Of a DNA stretch of 23,599 nucleotides, positions 16,742-23,599 are shown piece by piece. Numbering within the stretch: the first letter of the stretch is position 1; every line of letters starts with the position of its first letter. Under the pieces are notes generated by a model. It searched no databases and had not been told where the DNA came from. It saw only the letters and a program-made list of their open reading frames with translations. A program made the position numbers and the translations under genes. This stretch comes from Flexistipes sp. (lineage in GTDB: Bacteria; Chrysiogenota; Deferribacteres; Deferribacterales; Flexistipitaceae), in contig NZ_JAXKVW010000024.1 of the NCBI RefSeq assembly GCF_036172515.1, forward strand, positions 1-23,599, given 5' to 3'.

Positions 16742-18643
16742 ATGAATAAACTGCAATCGTACGATAATATATTTCAGCTATTTATCAATACCTGGAGACA
16801 ATATCCCGATAAAACCGCTTTTGTCTATAGGGTCAATGGGGTTGAATTCGACGTAACCTATAATAAGCTTTTTGAAGATGTGCTTCTGCTCGCAAACGCT
16901 TTCATGGAAAAAAAGGTTACAAAAAACTCAAAAGTGGCTATTATTTCGGATAACCGGTACAGCTGGATTGTTACCGATCTGGCTCTGGTTGCAATAGGTG
17001 CTGTGAGTGTCCCCAGGGGCAGTGATACACCCGTGGACGAATTTGAGTTCATTATCAATCATTCAGAAAGTGATTTTATTGTTTTTGAGACCCCGGGCTT
17101 AATGAAATACACCCTGAGTGATTCCATTGCAAAAAAGATGAAAAACATTTTTGTGATGGAGGGCAATAGTGAACACCGTTTTTTTAATAAAATATATGCC
17201 TACAATGAAATCATTAAGAAAGACAGAGAAATAACTTATAATGAGATTGAAGAGTTTATTTCTCTTGCGGATAAACATAAGATAGATGACCCGTTTACCC
17301 TGATATACACATCAGGAACCACCGGCACTCCGAAAGGTGTGTTACTTTCAAACCGGAATTTTCTTGCAAATCTCAGCAGAATTCCGGATATGGTGGATTT
17401 GTCTCCTGATGATGTTTGGCTCTCAATTCTTCCGTCCTGGCATATATTCGAACGGTTGGCAGAACATTTGTCCGTTATGCAGGGGTGCACTACCGTATAT
17501 TCCAATATAAAGACTTTTTCCGATGATTTAAAAAAATACTCCCCTACAATTGTTGCCACAGTTCCCAGGTTGTGGGAGGCTTTGTACACAAAGGTTAATG
17601 CAACGCTAAAGAAAGAAAGTGAGAAAAAAGCCAAAATTTTTAATTTGCTGGTAAACGCTTCGGCAGCTTACAGAAGAAATAAAAGATTACTTAAAAACAA
17701 TCTTCCCGTGTTTGAGAAGAAGGGTTTTTTTGAAAATATATTTTCCAAGGGGCTGGCTTTTGTTAAAGTGGTTCTTTTGAAGCCGGTGGAAATGTACGTC
17801 GGGAAAAAGTTTGTCATTTTAAGGGAAAAGTTCGGCGGCAGACTCAGGCTTGCAGTGAGCGGGGGCGGAAGCTTGCCTCAGTTTGTTGATGAGTGGATAG
17901 ATGCTATAGGCATAAGGATTGTGAATGCTTACGGAATGACCGAATGCGCACCCGGAATCGCCGGAAGAGACCTACATTGTGAAGTTTTTGGCACTTTGGG
18001 ACCTCCCATAAAAGATACTGAAATCAGAATAGTTGATGAGGATGGTAATATACTGCCGGCGGGAAAAGAAGGTGAAATACAGGTTAAAGGCGAACAGGTT
18101 TTCAGCGGTTATTACAAAAATGAAGAGGAAAACCAAAAATCATTTACTAAGGATGGTTTTTTCAAAACAGGTGATTTGGGCAAATTTACTTTGACAGGTG
18201 AGCTGGTAATTACGGGACGTGCAAAGGAGATAATAGTTCTTGCTAATGGAGAAAATATCGATCCTACCAAAATAGAATCCACGATTTCCATGTTCCCCTT
18301 TGTCAAGGATGCTGTTCTTGTTGGCCAGGACAAAAAAGGATTGGGAGCCTTGATTGTCCCGGATTTTGAACAGATGAAAGATTACATATCTAAAAAATAC
18401 GATAAACTTGTTCACTCTAAGGAAGATGTTACAAAAGACAGTCATATTGCAGAGAAAATAAGGAAGGATATAAATAAATTTCTGTCTTCAAAAAAAGGTT
18501 TCAGGGATTATGAAAAATTACACAAAATCTCTTTTCTGGACAAGGAGTTTAAGTTGGGTGAAGAGCTCACCAATACCCTGAAAAAGAAAAGACACTACAT
18601 TGAAAAAAAGTACAGAGACATAATAAACAGACTTTTTAAATAA
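16742..18643 (+). CDS. long-chain-fatty-acid--CoA ligase (AMP-forming acyl-CoA synthetase, ACSL-like)
   Basis: 633 aa; AMP-binding signature YTSGTTGTPKGV, GYGMTE-like AYGMTEC, TGD..G hinge (FKTGDLG). Confidence 0.85.
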   Translation: MNKLQSYDNIFQLFINTWRQYPDKTAFVYRVNGVEFDVTYNKLFEDVLLLANAFMEKKVTKNSKVAIISDNRYSWIVTDLALVAIGAVSVPRGSDTPVDEFEFIINHSESDFIVFETPGLMKYTLSDSIAKKMKNIFVMEGNSEHRFFNKIYAYNEIIKKDREITYNEIEEFISLADKHKIDDPFTLIYTSGTTGTPKGVLLSNRNFLANLSRIPDMVDLSPDDVWLSILPSWHIFERLAEHLSVMQGCTTVYSNIKTFSDDLKKYSPTIVATVPRLWEALYTKVNATLKKESEKKAKIFNLLVNASAAYRRNKRLLKNNLPVFEKKGFFENIFSKGLAFVKVVLLKPVEMYVGKKFVILREKFGGRLRLAVSGGGSLPQFVDEWIDAIGIRIVNAYGMTECAPGIAGRDLHCEVFGTLGPPIKDTEIRIVDEDGNILPAGKEGEIQVKGEQVFSGYYKNEEENQKSFTKDGFFKTGDLGKFTLTGELVITGRAKEIIVLANGENIDPTKIESTISMFPFVKDAVLVGQDKKGLGALIVPDFEQMKDYISKKYDKLVHSKEDVTKDSHIAEKIRKDINKFLSSKKGFRDYEKLHKISFLDKEFKLGEELTNTLKKKRHYIEKKYRDIINRLFK

Positions 18644-18647
18644 ATTT

Positions 18648-18779
18648 TCAAATTTCGCACTTAGTTCTGTTATTGTGAGCGTAGCGAAGCAATCTCTAAT
18701 ACAAGACATGAGATCGCCGCGGGTTTTTGCCCTCGCGATGACGCTGTCAGACGTTCATAGGTGCAAGTGCGAAACTTGA
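18648..18779 (+). mobile_element. MITE-like element, copy C, flanked by a perfect 8-bp direct repeat ATAAATTT
   Basis: TIRs TCAAATTTCGCACTT / AAGTGCGAAACTTGA. Shares internal GCGAAGCAATCTCT with copy B. ATAAATTT at 18640-18647 (includes the acyl-CoA ligase stop TAA) is repeated exactly at 18780-18787, consistent with a target-site duplication. Confidence 0.65.
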
Positions 18780-18805
18780 ATAAATTTTTTTCCGGAGGCA
18801 GATCT

Positions 18806-19834
18806 ATGAAAGCTATGGTTCTGGAAAGAATTACAGATTTAAAACAAGAATCTAAACCTTTGGTATTAAGAGACCGTCCAGTCCCCGAAATCCAAAACAG
18901 TGAGGTATTAATAAAGGTAAAAGCCTGTGGAGTTTGTCATACAGAGCTTGACGAGATTGAAGGGCGTACCCCTCCTCCCCGGCTGCCTGTTGTCCCGGGG
19001 CATGAAATTGTGGGTGAGGTTGTGGGAATATCAGACGGTGCCACAAAATTCAAAGAAGGTGACAGAGTAGGAGTTGGCTGGATTTATTCCGCTTGTGGTG
19101 ATTGCTATTTCTGTGATAACGGACTGGAAAACTTATGCAGCGATTTTAAGGCCACCGGCAGGGATGCAGATGGTGGATATGGCGAATATATGAAAGTCAG
19201 TGAGCATTTTGCTGTAAAAATACCTGATGTGTATGAAGATTCCCAGGCTGCACCTTTGCTTTGTGCTGGAGCTGTGGGTTACCGCTCATTAAAGCTTGCC
19301 CGAATGGAAAATGGGCAAAATCTTGGTTTTATGGGATTTGGGGCATCCGCACATCTGGTTCTTCAGCTTGCCAAATATTTGTATCCTGAATCCCGTTTTT
19401 TTGTTTTTGCAAGAAGTGAATCCCAGCGGGAATTTGCCAAAAAGCTTGGTGCTTTTTGGACAGGAGATATAGAGGATTCCCCGCCGGAGAAGTGTCTGAG
19501 CATCATTGACACTACTCCGGTGTACAAAACTGTATTGGCGGGTCTTTTTAATATTTCTCCTTCGGGACGTTTAGTGGTTAATGCCATTAGTAAAGAAGAG
19601 TTTGACAAAGATATCTTGATGAATCTTGATTACAAAAATCACCTTTGGATGGAAAAAGAGTTGAAAAGTGTGGCAAATGTTACACCTGCTGATCTTCAGG
19701 ATTTTATCAAAATTGCTGCAAAAGCAGGGATTTTTCCCACTGTGGAAGAATATCCCCTGGAAGAAGCCAACAAAGCACTGATTGGGATAAAGAATGGAAG
19801 CAGTGTCGGAGCCAAAGTGCTCAGATTGGCATAA
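18806..19834 (+). CDS. zinc-dependent alcohol dehydrogenase (MDR superfamily)
   Basis: ATG 18806 with GGAGG SD; the track ORF from 18761 lies inside MITE copy C. Catalytic Zn motif GHEIVGEV, structural-Zn Cys cluster CGDCYFCDNGLENLC, Rossmann GFGASAH. Confidence 0.85.
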   Translation: MKAMVLERITDLKQESKPLVLRDRPVPEIQNSEVLIKVKACGVCHTELDEIEGRTPPPRLPVVPGHEIVGEVVGISDGATKFKEGDRVGVGWIYSACGDCYFCDNGLENLCSDFKATGRDADGGYGEYMKVSEHFAVKIPDVYEDSQAAPLLCAGAVGYRSLKLARMENGQNLGFMGFGASAHLVLQLAKYLYPESRFFVFARSESQREFAKKLGAFWTGDIEDSPPEKCLSIIDTTPVYKTVLAGLFNISPSGRLVVNAISKEEFDKDILMNLDYKNHLWMEKELKSVANVTPADLQDFIKIAAKAGIFPTVEEYPLEEANKALIGIKNGSSVGAKVLRLA

Positions 19835-19855
19835 AGAAGGCATTAAGCCTTCTTT
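19833..19855. terminator. hairpin between convergent adh and encapsulin genes (candidate bidirectional terminator)
   Basis: AAAGAAGGC-attaa-GCCTTCTTT, a 9-bp stem overlapping the adh stop codon. T-rich on the + side (TTTATGCTTATTT); weaker tail on the minus side. Confidence 0.4.
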
Positions 19856-19859
19856 ATGC

Positions 19860-20651
19860 TTATTTGATTACAATGAGTGCGGCAGGATCAAGTATTCTGA
19901 AGGTGAAAGATTCTGTAAAATAAAGGGTAACCTCTTTACTGTCGTGCTGCAGATATCCTATGGATAAATCCTGTCCCAGTGTAAGTCTGAAATCGCCGCC
20001 TCTTTCAGATACCAAATAGGCTTCTGAAATATTGCTGCTTACCTTTACAGATCCTCCGATAATATCTTCAATCTGTTTCTTCAATGGGTATCCTTTATTT
20101 AATCCGACAATATTTTTCATCTGATCAACGGAAACAACGAGTGAATAGGGGCCGTCAACGGAAGCACTTTTCAGTTTGGCAACAGCTTCCGCTGTTACAT
20201 AAGGGAGGTCTTCGGTCTTGGTTGGCAGTTTTAAAGAACTATGTTCACTTGAGTCTTTCAGCCCTTTAATATTTGCTTTTTCAAGACCGTAATATACAGA
20301 TTTGTCTTCGAAGACAGCTATCTTTTTTGCCGCATCTTCAAGGGAAGAAAGGTCAATATCTTCAGCCCCTCTTAATACGCTGTCCAACTCCCACAATTTG
20401 AGTTTAAACGGGACTCTGGCTTCGACTAGCGGCTGTACTTTGGGGATACCATATTCAACAGCTGAGCCTTTATCCGTTACAATTTCCAGCCTTCCTGTCT
20501 TTACAGATTCTGTATCAATTCCCAACGGTCCTTCAACATCCACAAATTTTCTGACACTTAGGTGTGAGGAAAGGGTTCTGTTTGCCTGAAGATTTATTTC
20601 TTCCCACGCTTTATCCGGGATGGGTGCCAGATTTTGTCTTAATATATTCAT
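19860..20651 (-). CDS. encapsulin nanocompartment shell protein (family 1, HK97 fold)
   Basis: 263 aa. The N-terminus MNILRQNLAPIPDKAWEEI…RKFVDVEGPLG…LWELD…DLSSLEDAAKKIAVFED closely tracks the Thermotoga-type family-1 encapsulin sequence as I remember it. Confidence 0.85.
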   Translation of the reverse strand: MNILRQNLAPIPDKAWEEINLQANRTLSSHLSVRKFVDVEGPLGIDTESVKTGRLEIVTDKGSAVEYGIPKVQPLVEARVPFKLKLWELDSVLRGAEDIDLSSLEDAAKKIAVFEDKSVYYGLEKANIKGLKDSSEHSSLKLPTKTEDLPYVTAEAVAKLKSASVDGPYSLVVSVDQMKNIVGLNKGYPLKKQIEDIIGGSVKVSSNISEAYLVSERGGDFRLTLGQDLSIGYLQHDSKEVTLYFTESFTFRILDPAALIVIK

Positions 20652-20663
20652 TATTTACCCCCT

Positions 20664-21011
20664 TTATTTATTAAGTTTGCCTATATTCAGACTTTTGTTA
20701 TCACTGTCCTGGGATTCTGCCTCGCCTTCTTCCAAATGGGCAATATTTCCTTCGGTAAACAGATATGTTCTCAGTTCATTGTCCCATGCAGGCATATTAC
20801 GTCTCAGCCATTCCAGTGCCATACACGCATGCTCGATTTCTTCATCCCTGTTATGTGCCAATATCTCCTTTAAGTTTTCATCATCTGTTGCATCGACTCT
20901 CTGCTGGTACCAGTCGATTGCTTCAATCTCCTCTTTGAGACTGTTTAATGCGCGGGTAAAATTCTTGGTCTCTTCACTTAATTTTTCTTCGGGCTCATGG
21001 TATTGTGACAT
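20664..21011 (-). CDS. encapsulated ferritin-like cargo protein (EncFtn/Flp) with C-terminal targeting peptide
   Basis: 115 aa. Motif LKEILAHNRDEEIEHACMALEWLRRNMPAWDNELRTYLFT is typical of EncFtn. C-terminal SLNIGKLNK fits the SLxIGxLK cargo-loading peptide. AGGAGG SD at 6 nt; stop lies 13 nt before the encapsulin start. Confidence 0.8.
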   Translation of the reverse strand: MSQYHEPEEKLSEETKNFTRALNSLKEEIEAIDWYQQRVDATDDENLKEILAHNRDEEIEHACMALEWLRRNMPAWDNELRTYLFTEGNIAHLEEGEAESQDSDNKSLNIGKLNK

Positions 21012-21195
21012 TTAGCGCCTCCTGTGGTTTTTAATTATACTATAATGATATACCAAGGAGTTCAGAATTCAATACATCAATAATTTTTGTGATTTGTTTA
21101 GTAGTATATTAGTGTATTGATGAGCTAAAAGAGCAGCGAAACAAGAATTAAGCCTGCTCTGAGATATTTAGATAAGTACCACAACGCTTATTTTT

Positions 21196-21453
21196 TCAAC
21201 TAAGGTTGTTTCTTTTTACTCTTGAACCGGTCATTTGTCCTGCAATGGCAGCAATTATAAGAACAGGTATAAGCTTGAAAGAAATTTGGGTTGAGATTCT
21301 TATAAAGGCAACAACAGGTATTGGTGCATGTATACATAAGAACCATCCCAGAGAAAATTTGCTGAATTTTCTTCTTGCAATGCCGAACGGAATGTTGATT
21401 GCGTAAGTGAATATCAGTAAGAGAATAAAGTAAAATATAACTTGAGTATTCAT
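21196..21453 (-). CDS. hypothetical small membrane protein (85 aa, 2-3 predicted TM segments)
   Basis: Hydrophobic ORF MNTQVIFYFILLLIFTYAINIPFG…; AGGAGG lies only 1-2 nt from the ATG, so the spacing is suboptimal. Divergent from crcB. No family recognised. Confidence 0.3.
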   Translation of the reverse strand: MNTQVIFYFILLLIFTYAINIPFGIARRKFSKFSLGWFLCIHAPIPVVAFIRISTQISFKLIPVLIIAAIAGQMTGSRVKRNNLS

Positions 21454-21488
21454 TCCTCCTATAATATAAAATAATTAAAGGAGAGTAA

Positions 21489-22195
<707 letters not shown>

Positions 22196-22206
22196 GGGAG
22201 CTTTGC

Positions 22207-23274
22207 ATGTCTGGGAACAGTTTCGGTAAAATTTTCAGAATCACAACTTTTGGAGAAAGTCACGGACCTGCTGTGGGTGTGGTTCTGGACGGGTGTCCTG
22301 CCGGATTGAAACTTCATGAAGACGATATTCAGAAAGAGCTTGACAGAAGAAGACCCGGTCAAAGTGAAATAACTACTCCGAGAAATGAGTCTGATAAAGT
22401 GGAAATTTTAAGCGGTGTGTTTGAGGGCAAAACTACGGGAACGCCTGTTTGTATGATTGTATATAACAAAAATCAGCAGTCCAAAGATTACAGCGATGTA
22501 AAAGATTTGTTTCGCCCGGGGCATGCTGATTATACATATTTTATGAAATACGGTATTAGAGACTATCGGGGAGGCGGACGTTCTTCATCGAGGGAGACTA
22601 TAGGCAGAGTGGCTGCCGGCGCGATAGCAAAAAAACTTTTGTCACTTAAAAATATAAAGATTACAGGTTATGTAAAACAGGTGGGTACTGTTAAAGGGGA
22701 AAAATTTGACGAGGGTTTTATTGAAAAGAATCCGGTAAGATGTGCTGATTCTGAAAAATATCAGGAAATGAAGGATTATATATTAAAAGCAAAAGACAGA
22801 GGTGATTCGGTTGGTGGCATAGTTGAAGTTATAATAAGGGGAGTTGAGCCCGGTTTGGGTGAGCCTGTTTTTGACAGACTGAATGCAGGTTTGGCAAAAG
22901 CTATTTTATCCCTGCCAGCAGTGAAAGGGATAGAATTTGGCAGAGGTTTCGACGTGGTTTATGCCTGCGGCAGTGAAAATAATGATGAAATTTCTCCGCA
23001 TGGCTTTTTGTCAAATAATGCAGGAGGGACACTTGGAGGGATTTCCACCGGTCAGGACATCGTTTTTAGATTTCCGGTAAAGCCTGCTTCGTCTATTTTA
23101 ATTCCAAAGCAGACCATAGATAAATTTGGCAACAGCAGAGAAGTTGTTACCAAAGGCAGGCATGATCCCTGCGTCGCCCCCAGAGTCGTTCCAGTCGCCG
23201 AGGCGATGGCTTCTTTGGTTATTGTGGATAGTATTATGATAAATAAAAATAAAAAAATTTCGGATTTTTCCTAA
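22207..23274 (+). CDS. aroC: chorismate synthase
   Basis: ATG 22207 ([20 protein letters not shown]) with GAGGGAG SD at 6 nt; the track ORF starts at GTG 22192 inside the preceding gene. Signatures [22 protein letters not shown]. Confidence 0.9.
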   Translation: MSGNSFGKIFRITTFGESHGPAVGVVLDGCPAGLKLHEDDIQKELDRRRPGQSEITTPRNESDKVEILSGVFEGKTTGTPVCMIVYNKNQQSKDYSDVKDLFRPGHADYTYFMKYGIRDYRGGGRSSSRETIGRVAAGAIAKKLLSLKNIKITGYVKQVGTVKGEKFDEGFIEKNPVRCADSEKYQEMKDYILKAKDRGDSVGGIVEVIIRGVEPGLGEPVFDRLNAGLAKAILSLPAVKGIEFGRGFDVVYACGSENNDEISPHGFLSNNAGGTLGGISTGQDIVFRFPVKPASSILIPKQTIDKFGNSREVVTKGRHDPCVAPRVVPVAEAMASLVIVDSIMINKNKKISDFS

Positions 23275-23281
23275 AAAGTAT

Positions 23282-23310
23282 TTGACAAAGGTGTATAGAT
23301 ATACTATAAG
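23282..23310 (+). promoter_or_regulatory. near-consensus sigma70-type promoter (rRNA operon P1 candidate)
   Basis: TTGACA (23282-23287), a 17-bp spacer, then TATAAG (23305-23310). An AT-rich UP-like tract lies just upstream (AAATAAAAATAAAAAAATTT). Sits about 220 nt before the 16S 5' end. Confidence 0.55.
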
Positions 23311-23526
23311 TTTCATCCGCTGCAAGGGAGATTGATACAGAGAGCGGGAAGTAAATGATCCAGCAAAGCTATCTGAAATAGATTAATCGCGAGCAGGATA
23401 TGTTGCGTTTTTTTGCAGTAATTGAGAGAGCAAAGAATATTTGATATAGCAGTTAAGATGTTTGATAACAGAATAGGCCGGTCTGTGATGAGATAGATAG
23501 ACAGCTAAGTAAGCTGGACAGGATTT

Positions 23527-23599
23527 TGGATGGAGAGTTTGATCCTGGCTCAGAACGAACGCTGGCGGCGTGCTTAACACATGCAAGTCAGGGGGAATC
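23527..23599 (+). rRNA. 16S rRNA gene, 5' end (continues beyond window)
   Basis: Universal AGAGTTTGATCCTGGCTCAG at 23534-23553, followed by GAACGAACGCTGGCGGCGTGCTTAACACATGCAAGTC. The mature 5' end is estimated a few nt upstream of the primer site. Confidence 0.9.

Noticed and set aside
18761-18805. N-terminal extension of the adh ORF (MQVRNLNKFFSGGRS…)
   Set aside because: It lies inside the MITE right end. ATG 18806 with GGAGG is the credible start.
18852-19046. CGVCHTELDE in the alcohol dehydrogenase resembling a CXXCH heme motif
   Set aside because: It is part of the MDR-ADH Zn-ligand region in a cytoplasmic enzyme with no signal peptide, so it is not a cytochrome.
21380-21488. Fluoride (crcB-motif) riboswitch upstream of crcB
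   Set aside because: None of the conserved GGCGATG / CCGCC pseudoknot / CTGATG…CCTAC elements was found by eye. Left as a finding to be tested with Infernal.
23098-23586. Minus-strand ORFs 23098..23325 and 23383..23586
   Set aside because: They overlap the aroC 3' end, the rRNA promoter and the 16S leader/5' end, so they are spurious.

Overview
AT-rich bacterial chromosomal window, mostly core/housekeeping genes, densely packed and read here on both strands. Left third (minus strand): a complete tryptophan operon trpE-G-D-C-F-B-A (5441..6910 back to 687..1397) with translationally coupled junctions. Immediately upstream of trpE lies a 23-codon leader ORF with three consecutive Trp codons followed by two tandem hairpin+T-run terminators. 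I read this as a classic ribosome-mediated attenuator. Further along: a REC-REC-GGDEF diguanylate cyclase (-), gltX and der (+), a TlpA-like thioredoxin lipoprotein, a ~13-heme c-type cytochrome, a Trx-like/TPR protein, tRNA m1A methyltransferase TrmI (-), a long-chain acyl-CoA ligase, a Zn-alcohol dehydrogenase, a family-1 encapsulin with its EncFtn cargo (-), crcB plus a DUF190 partner, aroC, then an rRNA promoter and the 5' end of a 16S rRNA gene. The window starts with the last 31 codons of a probable IS110-family transposase. Non-genic signals: (i) at least three copies of a previously unannotated 130-180 bp MITE-like element with 15-bp terminal inverted repeats TCAAGTTTCGCACTT; one copy is flanked by a perfect 8-bp direct duplication. 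All three fill intergenic gaps between co-directional genes. (ii) An unusually long (~850 bp) convergent intergenic gap holding a 13-bp perfect inverted repeat, a degenerate relative of the MITE, and an array of ~18 degenerate 6-7-nt tandem units (ACTTNNN). (iii) A ~36-nt motif present twice, once near ygbA/trpA and once upstream of the encapsulin operon. No CRISPR array or tRNA gene was seen. All functional assignments come from motif recognition by eye, with no database search.
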